DNA of 63,848 nucleotides, counting the filler, from Globobulimina sp. (lineage: Eukaryota): NCBI GenBank assembly GCA_003354225.1. It is 28 parts of 28 records of this genome, joined end to end, with 100 filler letters (N's around TTAATTAATTAA, not from the genome) between each part and the next. Parts side by side here need not be neighbours in the genome. Positions count along the whole stretch, not along the records: positions 34,272 to 36,455 come from PIVH01008357.1; positions 36,556 to 38,738 come from PIVH01008358.1; positions 38,839 to 41,021 come from PIVH01008359.1; positions 41,122 to 43,304 come from PIVH01008360.1; positions 43,405 to 45,587 come from PIVH01008361.1; positions 45,688 to 47,870 come from PIVH01008362.1; 22 more parts are not named here. One strand, 5' to 3'. Under the pieces are notes generated by a model, which made no database searches, was not told the origin of the DNA, and was given only the letters and a program-made list of their open reading frames with translations. The stretch's first letter is position 1; every line of letters begins with the position of its first letter. A program made the position numbers and the translations under genes. Shown one piece after another: positions 35,567-47,970 of the stretch.

Positions 35567-36455
35567 ATGACAGAAATAGAAACTCCATCAATCAACAAAG
35601 TAGAAGAAATGTTGAATGAAATTGACGAAAACGAGAAACATTCACAACAAATACATGAATTAGATGAATTTGATTACATAGCATACTTAGATGAGATGGA
35701 TAATATGAACACATGGTTCAGTTCCGAGAAATATGAGTATAAAACATCCATACAGAAATCTGCCGCATCATATAACATTGTTTTGCCAGATGCCATCGCA
35801 GAAATGATTGTATTATCAGCAATATTGTTACCTGGATGTTACACACTAACTGGCTTAACATTTTTTGATCGAAATGAATATGATTTATATGCAGAATATG
35901 CACATACAGAAACTGGATACATTACAAATAAAACAGAAAATGGACTCGCATATAAAAGAAGATTACCAAATTTCAATAAGAGACAAATTGCAAATACAAC
36001 AGCATCATTGTGGTTGGATGAAAATGGATCAATTTGTGGGTTTCGCTGTATTTGGGTTCAGAACATAAAGGGGAAACTAACAGTGGATCAAAGATTTTCT
36101 GTTTTAGGTATGATCCATTTCAAAATGTACCGATTTCAATTAATTCACGCTAAGCTGTCCAAAATATGTGACTAGTGTTAATATACATTTTGGTCCGTTT
36201 TTGGACAGCGTATTGAAAATCGACATGTATAAATAATTAACGCTTAGATGGATGTTGGTCATTGAACGGCGAAATAGTTATAACATTTGAATATTACAAT
36301 GATCTTAAAAACGAATTTGAAGGATATATAAGAGATCAATGTGAAGTTGATGGCATTTGGAGTAATGGAGATGGAATGCACGGAGATTTTAAATGGTTTG
36401 TTACGAATATAGATTCTTTTTTGTTTGATGCTAATTCCAATGGTAATGATTCTTT
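35567..36455 (+). CDS. Hypothetical protein, 2 exons
   Basis: Intron 36108-36247 (GTATGA..CTTAG) joins ORF 35567 to ORF 36262 in frame. Confidence 0.5.
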
Positions 36456-36688
36456 NNNNNNNNNNNNNNNNNNNNNNNNNNNNNNNNNNNNNNNNNNNNT
36501 TAATTAATTAANNNNNNNNNNNNNNNNNNNNNNNNNNNNNNNNNNNNNNNNNNNNAGGGATAAAAATGGGAAATGATAGTCACACAATCAATAATAAAAT
36601 ACATATGGAAAATCACGAAAGAAAGATAAAATGAAAAAAAATGTGAAATTTTATAAAGAATGTGGTGAAAACCAATCAATATATATTG

Positions 36689-37882
36689 TTACTTAACATC
36701 GAAAACAATTGTTTTTTTAAGCAGTTTATAATTGTCATACCAAGTTTTGTCACAAATATTACGATGTATTTTTTTCCAATGTTTTTTTTGACACTCTCTA
36801 TTACAATACATTGCTTTCATACATCCAGAACATGATCGTATTTTTGTTCCCTTTTTCCTTCCACAATTCCAACATTTAATCTTATTCAATTTCGTTATAA
36901 ATAACTTCTTTTTTTTGTCATAATTCTCAACAAATGATGGCATAATGCACGTTTCCATTTCATTACCGAGAAAACATAATTTATATGCACACTTTAAAAG
37001 TTTTAAACCAATTCCATATTCACGAAAACATTTATTACGACATATTATGCTCAAATATTGCAACGCTAACGACATCATAACAAATGAATTTGCATAGTCA
37101 ATGGCAGCCACGAATGCAGTCTTTGCACAAAAATAGCTTTTCTCCTCCAAAGCTCTTTGGCCAGACAGAAAATATAAATCTCCCAACCTGGGGTCATGAT
37201 CATTGCTGTTAAATCGATCCGATGCAAAACGTTTGCAAGCTTTGTCACAATGCTGTGCCCACTGGCAATATGTCATGGGTCCACTGCATGTTGTTATATT
37301 ATATTGGCGCAAGAATGCAGCCAACATATTTGCAATGCGTTTTTCCCCAAAAAATAACATGAATCCAATCATCACTTCTGTAGCAGCTCCATTTCTACGA
37401 TCATTAATATATTTATCCAAATGCGTATTAAGCATGAAATGTTCCATAAAAAATATAGAGTCATAATCTGGTGCTTTGTATGGATTGGATAGTTGAAATG
37501 GTAGATCTGTGATCAAATGATATTTTCCGAATGCTTTGCAACAGTGAATAAGTAATATCCTAATAACGTCAAGCAGTTTCTTTCTGTCTTTTATTCTCAA
37601 CTGAACCATGAAACGATGATTTCCATGGAATATTATGCATTTTAAAATTTGTTCTACATTATTTTCGTTTGTGATCCAGAAATGTTTTTGTTGAAAAAAT
37701 ATCTGGTTTATCATCCTGGAAGATACTGCACTAAAAGCAGGATAGCAGGAATCCATTTCAATTTTAATTAAAGCCATTTCAAGTTCACTCCATAACTTTG
37801 AATTCGAATCATCAACGGATTCTTTTAATTTTACGTGCAACTTCAAAGCTTTTGGGAGCCATGCCATAAATAATAAAATCAC
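36689..37882 (-). CDS. C-terminal MYND zinc-finger protein (start uncertain)
   Basis: CWNC..CSGC..YCNRECQKKHW..HRNIC. Confidence 0.8.
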   Translation of the reverse strand: MILLFMAWLPKALKLHVKLKESVDDSNSKLWSELEMALIKIEMDSCYPAFSAVSSRMINQIFFQQKHFWITNENNVEQILKCIIFHGNHRFMVQLRIKDRKKLLDVIRILLIHCCKAFGKYHLITDLPFQLSNPYKAPDYDSIFFMEHFMLNTHLDKYINDRRNGAATEVMIGFMLFFGEKRIANMLAAFLRQYNITTCSGPMTYCQWAQHCDKACKRFASDRFNSNDHDPRLGDLYFLSGQRALEEKSYFCAKTAFVAAIDYANSFVMMSLALQYLSIICRNKCFREYGIGLKLLKCAYKLCFLGNEMETCIMPSFVENYDKKKKLFITKLNKIKCWNCGRKKGTKIRSCSGCMKAMYCNRECQKKHWKKIHRNICDKTWYDNYKLLKKTIVFDVK

Positions 37883-37922
37883 ACAAAAACAATTTCACTG
37901 CACAAAAATCACACGTGTAATC

Positions 37923-38738
37923 ATGTCCGGAGTATCCTGTTTATCCCAATTCTTCATCCTCAGTCCCCGTGGCGATTCAATAATCCGTAAAGAATTCCGC
38001 GGCGACACTCCTAAAACCGTGACCGACACTTTCTTTCGAAATGTCAAATTCTGGGGCGGCAAACAGCAGGACGCGCCACCAGTGTTCCATTTGGATGGTA
38101 TCACGTATATGTACTTAAAAAACAACGGTTTATACTTTGTAGGCACCAGTCGTCATAACGTGTCGCCCTCTTTGATGATGGAATTATTATTACGTTTAAC
38201 CAAAGTCTTCAAAGATTATTGCGGGGTCTTATCCGAGGAGACCATCCGTAAAAATTTCATATTATTATATGAATTATTGGACGAAACCTTAGATTTTGGC
38301 TACGCGCAAGGAATATCCACCGAGATGTTGAAGGCATTCGTATTCAACGAGCCATCCAACTCTGACGGCTCACTCCGTAGTGGCGGCAAAGGCATCTTAG
38401 GCGGCTTTAAAAACAAAGTGCGTATCTCTGATAATGTCATGACACGTAATGCCAAAACCAAATCTTCGGACGCTGTAAACCGCCCCGTCAGCTATTCTCG
38501 CGACCGTAAGGCGCAAAAAAAGCAACGTAATGAGATCTTTGTGGACATATTTGAACGAATCAGCGTCACTTTTAACAGCAATGGCTACGCCTTGTCGTCC
38601 TCCATCGACGGCACTATTCAAATGAAATCATATTTGAGTGGCAATCCAGAGTTAAAATTAGCGTTAAACGAAGATTTAGTGATCAAAAACACGAAAAATA
38701 ACACGCAAGCGAGCAGTAACAGCAGTAGTATCATTTTG
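37923..38738 (+). CDS. AP4M1: AP-4 adaptor complex mu subunit, 3' truncated
   Basis: SQFFILSPRGD, KDYCGVLSEETIRKNFILLYELLDE and IDGTIQMKSYLSGNPELKLALNEDL. Confidence 0.85.
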
Positions 38739-38838
38739 NNNNNNNNNNNNNNNNNNNNNNNNNNNNNNNNNNNNNNNNNNNNTTAATTAATTAANNNNNN
38801 NNNNNNNNNNNNNNNNNNNNNNNNNNNNNNNNNNNNNN

Positions 38839-39325
38839 GAGAGCAAACAAATCAAATAAAATCAGTGTGTATGTCGAAGATCAAACTGATTTGGAATTAA
38901 ATGAAATGCATATTGGCACAACCAAAGGCCATGTTGATGCTGATAATGAGAGGAATATTGATATTGCGCCATCTGCACCGCCTGCTTATGAGGAGGATGA
39001 TGTTATTGATGTGCCGCCACCCTATGATGCGGAGCCAGGAGCAAATGGTAATTGCAATCTATTGAATAATACGACTGCAAACAGTGATGGCGAGAATGAA
39101 GGAATGGATGACTTGAATGATGAACAAAGAGCCATTAAACAATGGTTTGAAAACCAAGTCAGTTTTGATAATCAATTAAATGAGACATATTTCGATTTGT
39201 TCATTCAAAGTGGGTTTGATAAACGGAGCACAATTAAACATATTACTGATTCTGAATTGAAAGAGATCGGAATTGATAAATTGGGACATCGTAAAACTAT
39301 ATTATTGGCAATACAACATTTATAG
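38839..39325 (+). CDS. SAM-domain protein C-terminal fragment with PPxY motifs
   Basis: APPAY, PPPY and YFDLFIQSGFD..LKEIGIDKLGHRKTIL. Confidence 0.75.
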
Positions 39326-39616
39326 AGTGCGTCTTGTATATAATTTTATCATTCCTTATAACGAACTAATCGATGCTGTATCTCCCATAAACCCATCACA
39401 AATAATCAAATGAACAATAGTCTGAGTTACAGCATATAAGTTAGTTCTAATGTATTGATTTACTTACATAGATTGGATTGAACTGTACGCTTAACATATC
39501 CCATCACTGCAGTCACAACTATTGAGCTAATTTTCATTGTGGTGATCGGACTTCAACTTTTGGAGACTTGGAAACACTTTTGTATACGAAATAAATTATC
39601 TACAATCATATACAAT

Positions 39617-41021
39617 TTAATACAATAATCGTATAGTATATTCAGACGGTGTTGATGTATTTGAGACCGCGGGGATTATTACTTTCTTAATATTTGTAAA
39701 TATTGCTCCTAAATTCAACTCATTATGTTGAACCTGAACACTTTTCTTTTTGAAATTCACTTTAAATACAAATTTATCACCAACTACAACAGCCTTACTC
39801 GTATACATTGTGGTTGCGCCAACCATGCGATTCTTATCATCTCTTTTGCCATTTTGTACAGTCATCGTTGTATTTGATAAATATACCCCAAACGCTTGAT
39901 GATGTCCTTGCGATCCAACATTATAATTAACATTCACATTCATATGATTTATATTGTCAATATTTATAAACCCAATCCACGACGGATTCGATATTTGATG
40001 CAATTCAATATCCCAACTCAGTTTCTTTCCATTCTGCTTCATTGAAAATGCTTTGGTAGTTATGGCCAATGCATTTGCCGATTTATCAAACATGACTCGA
40101 TTTACTTTGGTAAATGTCGGCACTGCTTTATATTTTGCACATTTATTCCATTTCAGCGCCAAATCTTTTGTAATAACTTTTAGCATCTCACAATATTCAC
40201 TCTTGCCATTATCTTTACTATTTACACACATTCGAATATAATATAAACAGTTTGCTTCCAAATCCTCCAATTTATATTCCCATTCATTTAAATTCAAATA
40301 TTTTTGCTGTTCAATATTTGTTCATATACAAAGCATGGAAATATGGTGAAAATACCTTAATTTTTATCTTTTGTTTGATCCATTCACTTTTCTTTGCTTC
40401 CTCCTTTTCATTCTTTGCATCATCAAACAAACTCGAAACGCCTTTCTTTAACATTGAGAAAAACCCGCCATCATCTTTATGATCATCGTTTTTTTTATCA
40501 TTCTCCAGTCCCTTCAACGTGGATACATCGCCAATTTGTTTATATTCCAAAAGAAATGAATCCAATGCTTTCTCCAAGTCCGCCGCTACTAAGCACCACC
40601 GCAACCGCACTGATTCTGTTTTAATTTTCTTAATCGACACAATTGGTCGATGCGCTCCATCAAAACAATCCAATTTGATACCATGCAAATAAGTTAATGT
40701 GCTTTTTTTATCATGAAAATCTATTTTAATGTCCGGCTGAGTTATAAATGACAATATATCGCAATCTTTGCTTTTATTTTTATGTCCCAATAAGGCACTG
40801 TTTATTATATTTATTACCTTTGTTTCTCTGTCATTTTTATTTTTTGCGCTCGCGTCATCGTTTAATAAATGTTGAAATTTGGCCTTTTGTTGATCAAGCT
40901 GTATTTTATAGGCATTGATTGATTGTAATTGAACTTGTAACTTGCTTATTTTTTGTGTTTTGACATCATTAATTTGTTTGGATAATATTTGTTGATTTTG
41001 TTTTAATTTTGTTACAATGTG
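39617..41021 (-). CDS. Coiled-coil + FN3 + SPRY-like protein (TRIM-like C-terminus), 5' truncated
   Basis: FN3 (VRLRW..LEYK..LEANCLYYIRM) and a beta-rich C-terminus (SWIGF, IIPAVS). Intron 40355-40307 joins the ORFs in frame. Confidence 0.6.
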
Positions 41022-41186
41022 NNNNNNNNNNNNNNNNNNNNNNNNNNNNNNNNNNNNNNNNNNNNTTAATTAATTAANNNNNNNNNNNNNNNNNNNNNNN
41101 NNNNNNNNNNNNNNNNNNNNNGGTTGGCACTGCTGACGAACCTCTTTCTTTTATCGTAACTAACTGGAATAACATTACCTTTACTA

Positions 41187-43304
41187 CTAAAGAAGACTTT
41201 CTAAATAATTGCCAGTCAATAAGGTGCAGGCATACGGCAAGAAAAACGACAAATTGGCAGCTAAACGCGACTCGATGTTAACATCATGCAAAGCATCACA
41301 GCGTATCAGCCACACACAGCATAATATCATCATAATATCCGTATTCAGAGTGACCGGCGAATCGTCGCCAATGGTGAATATTAAGGCGGATATAATGCGT
41401 TCTTGTATGCCATTGAAATTATCCTCAAACAATTTGAAAAAAGACCAAAACATTTCTAACGAAATGGATCCTTTTTTAAGGTTAGCTCCATTGGCATCCT
41501 TAGCCTGTCCAAACAAGTAAACCAACCATGGTCGATGTTGCAATGTAGTTCGTAACAAGCGACGGGCTGCAATCTGTACCCTTGCAATTCTGCACTTTAA
41601 TAAAGTCAATGCGATCCAAAACGAGACCAACATCATGCGAAATAAGGTCCGATTCCAGTCATCCGTACGTACGATGGACACTAATGCTTCAATGCCGCTG
41701 ATCGCCATCGATAAATGTATATCTTCCGCATCATACATACTCTTCTCTTCCTCCTCGTTTTCATTCGCTTTATTGTTCCAAAACTCTTGCGAGGCGCGCA
41801 AGCCATTAATGATTGATTTCAATATCAACGTCACCGAACGCAACGTTTTCGGTTGCGATATGATAGAAAATAGTCGCAAAGCGCGCGCGGACATAATGCG
41901 TGCAAAATAAACGGTGGTTTCTTCCTCTTTGTCCACGTCCACAGTCGCCCATTGCAAGGCGCGTAAGCCCCAAATGGAAGAGCCTTTGTCCCCATAACGA
42001 TGGCGATAGCAATTGAATAATATCCGTACTAAGTCGTCGATATAGACCGTATTTTGTCGTGCAAAAAATCTGCGCAAATCAAAAGGTTTATTGATCTCCA
42101 TATCGTCATCAAACGCGTCGCCTAACTCACCATATATCATACGAGATTTCTCCGGTTCTACATTGTTAACCAATTCCTGGCTCCATTTGAATTTATACGT
42201 CCTGCTGTCGCTTAGCCACAATGCAATCTGAATCACTTCATCGTCGATGCCCAATTTGGGCGGCAATAACGACACAAATAAATGAGAGATGAATTCCGCG
42301 CAAACATTGCTCATATCCTCGAAGGTCCGCGTTAGAAACAAGGTGCAATGCACTAACAATACGGGCAATATCTGTTGGATTTTATTAAAGGATTTGGTCG
42401 CTAAGGAAGTGAACCATCGAATGGCAATTTCAGTCACCAATAAGCTATACTTTGGTCCACCTAATTCGTACGAGGCGTCCACATAGATTTGCTGCGCATT
42501 TTTGATCTGAATATGGTCATCGTTGGCCAATACATGTCCGCCCAAACCGCAGCCTACGCTGATTAGCTGCAATAAGCTGGACAATACACACTCGGCATGC
42601 GTATTAAAGATGTGTTTGATGATCGACTCACATAAAGAGATAAACTGCTCCGGTTTCAGGGTCTCTTTACGAAATTCGTTCAATTCGTCCAATGTCGGAC
42701 CTAGATATTCCGCGCCGATGTTCTCACGTTTCTGTTTCTTGAGCAGTTTCTTGATACTCTTCTTCTTCCGCTTCTTCTTTGCGATGAGTCCATCCTTAAT
42801 CTTCTCCTGTTGTCGAATCGCATCCTGCTCCATTTTCTCGATCTTTTGCATATCGTCAGAATAGCCTTGGTAGCGCCCACAAACTGTCATCACTAGAAAG
42901 CGAATCATATAATGGATGTTATTTGCTTCTGGCGAGGACATCACCGTATCATTGCTGGTCACCAATACATGCCAGATGCTATAAAAAGCGTTGTCAATCT
43001 CTGGTTTCTGGAAATGCTTAAACCGCAATGTCAGCGACAAAATCTTATCCAGAAACTCTTCCTTCTTCTCCTCCTTCCGCTGATGCAACGGTGCAGACGC
43101 AAACCAGGGCAGCGATACCTGCAAGAAATTGCTAATCAACGTGATCTGGTCGTGGATAGCCGACGCATTGATTAATTGGCCGCGTTCCTCCAACGACTCA
43201 ATACGCTCCGCATAGCTCTCCAAAGTGGACAATATCTCATCCGTGATCAATATGGATAGATCCACAGGACACACATTGGCAAACACCCACGCAATCGCCG
43301 ACGC
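41187..43304 (-). CDS. Furry/Tao3 (MOR2-PAG1) family cell-morphogenesis protein, internal fragment
   Basis: Helical solenoid with WGLRALQWA..SARALRLF and FWIALTLL, resembling MOR2-PAG1_C. Confidence 0.6.
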   Translation of the reverse strand, partial: ASAIAWVFANVCPVDLSILITDEILSTLESYAERIESLEERGQLINASAIHDQITLISNFLQVSLPWFASAPLHQRKEEKKEEFLDKILSLTLRFKHFQKPEIDNAFYSIWHVLVTSNDTVMSSPEANNIHYMIRFLVMTVCGRYQGYSDDMQKIEKMEQDAIRQQEKIKDGLIAKKKRKKKSIKKLLKKQKRENIGAEYLGPTLDELNEFRKETLKPEQFISLCESIIKHIFNTHAECVLSSLLQLISVGCGLGGHVLANDDHIQIKNAQQIYVDASYELGGPKYSLLVTEIAIRWFTSLATKSFNKIQQILPVLLVHCTLFLTRTFEDMSNVCAEFISHLFVSLLPPKLGIDDEVIQIALWLSDSRTYKFKWSQELVNNVEPEKSRMIYGELGDAFDDDMEINKPFDLRRFFARQNTVYIDDLVRILFNCYRHRYGDKGSSIWGLRALQWATVDVDKEEETTVYFARIMSARALRLFSIISQPKTLRSVTLILKSIINGLRASQEFWNNKANENEEEEKSMYDAEDIHLSMAISGIEALVSIVRTDDWNRTLFRMMLVSFWIALTLLKCRIARVQIAARRLLRTTLQHRPWLVYLFGQAKDANGANLKKGSISLEMFWSFFKLFEDNFNGIQERIISALIFTIGDDSPVTLNTDIMMILCCVWLIRCDALHDVNIESRLAANLSFFLPYACTLLTGNYLESLL

Positions 43305-43417
43305 NNNNNNNNNNNNNNNNNNNNNNNNNNNNNNNNNNNNNNNNNNNNTTAATTAATTAANNNNNNNNNNNNNNNNNNNNNNNNNNNNNNNNNNNNNNNN
43401 NNNNTAATTAGATATAT

Positions 43418-45587
43418 TCAGTGTTGCATATATTGTTTATATACGGCGGGAGTTCGTGCATCGAATGCAATATCAAGCGGGTCCGATGGATGTGTGCCAT
43501 ATATAATATTAAAGGGTGAAAACGACGTCATTCGGTTGACTGTCGTATTATATTTGTACTGGATCATTGGGATAAAGACATCCCAGTCATGTTCGGCAAT
43601 AAAATCTAAGCTTAAATCATATGCTATTAAGCTAAGTCTCTCTTTTATCCATCTATGTAATCTTTCTATCTGTCCATTAGCCTCCGGGTGATAATCTGTT
43701 GTATATTTAACTTTTATTTTGTGTGTTTTTAGGAAGTGTTTGTATATGGCACTGATAAATTGTGGGCCATTATCACTTAATATAGCTGCTGGTGGACCAA
43801 ATGTAAACATCCATTTATCCACACATTTGATTATATCGATGGCATTAATGGATTTTATGCATTGTAGCATACAATATCGGGAAAATTTGTCTATTATGGT
43901 GACAATATATTTATTATCATTATCAGTTTGCGGCAAAGGTCCAACTATGTCAATGGAAATTTGTTGGAATGGACGCGTTGCTGAATATAAGTTAAGTGGT
44001 CCTTGCTTGCCTTTTTTTACTTTTTTGACAGCTTGGCAACCTTTACATAGTTTGCAGAATGATTTTATATGATTTCGTATTTTTGGCCACCAGTATCTAT
44101 CGGATATTATTTGAAACATTTTATTTTGGCCATTATGTGTAATATCATGGCTATTATGCAAAATGGAGCGGCGTAGGAATGGCGGGATAACTATTTTATG
44201 TTTATTATTATGGATAATATGTAACAGGTCGTTTTTTATTGAAAAGCGACCCAATAAAAAGTATCGCTTATAATCATCGGATAAACCTTTTAATAAATCT
44301 GTATTATTAGTTTCTAAATGGTTTATTATGGGATATAGGAATGTATCGGATCTCTGTTTATATTTAATTAATTTATGGGTAATGTCTTTATTATAATATC
44401 GATCCAATATAACTGAAGGAATTGGATCGATTGAATCAATATTAAAAAATGGATTGGATGGTTTATATGATAGGATCTCATTATTTAATTGCTTTGTATT
44501 TTGCAAAATGCGTTCATAATTTTGCCGTTGCTGAGGATTTAAGAAAGACGGAATTGATTGAAATGGTATCAATTTCGCTTTATTTATACTTGGTTGTAAA
44601 TTATGCGGTTGTTTGGCAATCAATCGCTTAGATCGCCGTCGTGTACTTTTAACTATTTTATTATAAGAATCTGCTTGTTTTTGTGATATTTTGTGTGTAT
44701 TTTTATCATTCTTATTCTTGTTATTTGTGTTTACGGCAAAAGTTTTTGTTTCTGATAATTTAACTTTACTAAACACACTTTTACTTTTCTGTCCTTCCGG
44801 ACCATGGGCTCGTCGCCCAACACAGTCTAAAGAGTATATTTCCACCTCCGTGAGGGGTAAGTCATCATTAGAGTCAACGTCAACATCCATAGTATGACAA
44901 TCAGTATCAATATGCAAATTAACAGCTGCCATCGGGCCATTTAAATGCATTGAATTATTACAATCATAATCGACGGATTTTGAACGATTATATGTAGGAT
45001 TGCGGCGATTTATAGTTTCGTGACGAATTTTAAATTCGTTATCTTGCAAATCACTCAAAGCGTTTTTATGTATTTGATGCCGTGAATTATGCATGAAATC
45101 TAAATCAATTTTATTCATTAATGTATGTTGTGGTCGATTCAAGCGATTTAATTCATTTTCAGTGGATCTCATGTTATTTTTATCAGTGCCTGCAATTATT
45201 TGCGAGCATAAATGATTTGTATACATTGCAAATAAATCAAAGGTGTTTATAGTATGTTCGTTATCAATTTTATGCGTCTTATTATCGTCGAACAAGCCAT
45301 TACGTGACAAGTAATCGGCCACAATATTGGCATAGCCGGGGATGTATTTCGCAGTGAAATCAAATTCCTGCAAACGAACGCTCCATCGGTATAACTTACC
45401 TGTTTTGAACCCGCGCGCCGCCTTAAACAGCTCCTGCAAATTCTTGTGATCGGTATGTAATGTAAAATGCGTTCCGATTAACAAATGACGCCATTTTTCT
45501 ATAAAATATATAGAAGCAAAGAGTTCCTGCTCAGAAACGTGCCATCGAGTCTGTGGTCCGGAAAATGTCTTTGATGAAAAGGCAATT
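43418..45587 (-). mobile_element. Ty3/Gypsy LTR retrotransposon pol fragment: RNase H, long linker, H2C2 zinc finger, integrase
   Basis: EQELFA..FTLHTDHKNL, ANIVADYLSR, H..H..YWWP..C..CQ, IDIVGPLP, SDNGPQF and HPEANGQIER; RH-then-IN domain order. Confidence 0.93.
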
Positions 45588-45940
45588 NNNNNNNNNNNNN
45601 NNNNNNNNNNNNNNNNNNNNNNNNNNNNNNNTTAATTAATTAANNNNNNNNNNNNNNNNNNNNNNNNNNNNNNNNNNNNNNNNNNNNTTCTTAAAAACAC
45701 TCTCACCGTTCTACAATAGAGCTTTTACTAACGCACTATTTCCTGTGTGCTCAACGTGGGTTTGAAATAACTTAGGTTTTTCCCAAAAAGAAAATAATTG
45801 TGTCGCAGATGTCAGTTCTTGCAAACCTAGTTACAAAACATAAGTTGAATTTATGATATATCATCAAATATTGATATTGAAAATTAAGCTGAAATATGAG
45901 ATATTAACAATGGTAGAGATATCAGATAAATGTTATATTG

Positions 45941-47059
45941 CTATTTAGATTTAGATTTGTTATATTGCTTCAACTGATGAATTTTTTTTATATATTGATC
46001 ACAAATCTTTTGTGAATATGTTGGATCAGAAAAATAATAACCAGCAAATATATTACATTCAATAATAATCCAATCACCATTTGATATTTTTGTTACATCC
46101 CATCCAATTCCAATTACACAGTTTAAATATTTATGATGAATGTCATTATTTATATAATGAATGAATTCATTCAACCCTTCAATTTCAATGGGAAATGTAT
46201 CCCAATCTTTATGTGATAACTCGAATAATGTAACATTGGCTCGGATATTTTTTGTGAATAATTTAGTTTCCATATTATAAGAATAAGTTTCATAATAATC
46301 CACATCTTTATTTGCTTCATAATTATCAACCAAACAATTTTCATTTGAAGCACATTTCAAATAAACAGAAGGTTTTAAATTGGAATCTTTTGTAAATGTA
46401 CAAACTCTGATTGTATTCAATGTTTTTGTATTTTTTGTAAAATTTATAATTGATTCATGATTTTTCAATCTTGGTTGAATTACAACATTTGGAATTTGTG
46501 ATAAATATTTTTGTGGCATCTTTGTTAAAAATATACCTCTGCCACATGCGAGATAAACGGGTTTAATTATAAACTCTGATTCTTTTGCATTTGTTTGCTG
46601 CTTCAACTCCTTCAATGTTTTGAAACATTTTACTGTCGAAATAGAATATTTTATGCAAAATTCATTGAATAAATCTTTATTACCAATACATAAATTTTCA
46701 TCTTTTAAAATGTTATAAATGTAATTTCTGTATGACATTGAGAGCATCTTCATCTCCATTAAATTATATTTGATGCAAAAATCAATGTCTTTATGAATAA
46801 AATAATAGGGATGTTGAATTAATTTAAAATATCTTTTATTTTTCAACAATCCAAACCATAAACAGGTGAACGGCAGCATGAGTTGCAAAATAATTACAAA
46901 TACACGATTCAATAATAATAATTTAATAATTTTGGTGAAAAAAGCTTGCGGGCCCATCACGACCGTTTCGTCCAAAATGTTATCTTTTACAGTATAACCA
47001 TTTTTTTGTATGGGTTTGTTCCAAAGATTGAAAACTTGAAACCATGTCCAATGAAACAA
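45941..47059 (-). CDS. ATP-grasp protein (sugar-transfer-associated/alpha-L-glutamate-ligase-like), start uncertain
   Basis: FIIKP..CGRGI, VIQPRLKNH, LNTIRVCT and GIGWDV..IIECN. Confidence 0.7.
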   Translation of the reverse strand: MFHWTWFQVFNLWNKPIQKNGYTVKDNILDETVVMGPQAFFTKIIKLLLLNRVFVIILQLMLPFTCLWFGLLKNKRYFKLIQHPYYFIHKDIDFCIKYNLMEMKMLSMSYRNYIYNILKDENLCIGNKDLFNEFCIKYSISTVKCFKTLKELKQQTNAKESEFIIKPVYLACGRGIFLTKMPQKYLSQIPNVVIQPRLKNHESIINFTKNTKTLNTIRVCTFTKDSNLKPSVYLKCASNENCLVDNYEANKDVDYYETYSYNMETKLFTKNIRANVTLFELSHKDWDTFPIEIEGLNEFIHYINNDIHHKYLNCVIGIGWDVTKISNGDWIIIECNIFAGYYFSDPTYSQKICDQYIKKIHQLKQYNKSKSK

Positions 47060-47970
47060 ATCGAGTTTATATTTTGTGGTGATTTATCCAACAAAACGAT
47101 TTTTATGAACGATTTGTAATATACGAAAAAATGAATTATTGATATCATTGTTTTGTATGTTTTTAGGGGGAGCTCGAGGGTTTTTATTTTTATTTTTTTT
47201 CTTTGAATTATGATAATTATAAAGCTAAATTTATCACAGTTGTATAAAGCTAAATTTATTTATATTTTTGCAGCTGATGTCTAAAATGTGCAATTTTGGG
47301 ATCTCTATCTCTAAAATATATATTTTGAGGCTCAGAGCTCATTGTTACAGGTCACTATCCACACAAATAAGGCTTTGATGCAGATTCTGCGGACATGTTC
47401 GGAATGAGAGCATAAAACCGATATTAATGTTTGGTAAATTAAAAATAAGCGATAACAATACGGTATCGACGATTTATTGCTTTTATTTGAACATAATTTC
47501 GCAAAATACACAAGATAGGAATGTGCACAAAGTCGCAATGATAAGTCTTGCTGATTAAACAAGGGAATTAATGATTGGATCAATTTACGATGATTTTTCT
47601 GTTGGTGATACTTCTTGATATTATCGGCCATTTTAATATTATCAAAGTTTTTTAGCTAGTCAATATTATCAAAGTGTTGATGACAAATAACTTCAAAAAA
47701 CAGTTTATTTCTCAACCGTAAAATCAGTAAAGAAGACGATGAAAATAGTAAAATGATACAACGCAACCATAAAAGACAGCGAACAAACACTGTTTTTGCA
47801 GTTTCTTTTTATTAATGAAACATAAGCATTAAGCAAACTAAAATATAAAATATGAATTAAATATATATATNNNNNNNNNNNNNNNNNNNNNNNNNNNNNN
47901 NNNNNNNNNNNNNNTTAATTAATTAANNNNNNNNNNNNNNNNNNNNNNNNNNNNNNNNNNNNNNNNNNNN

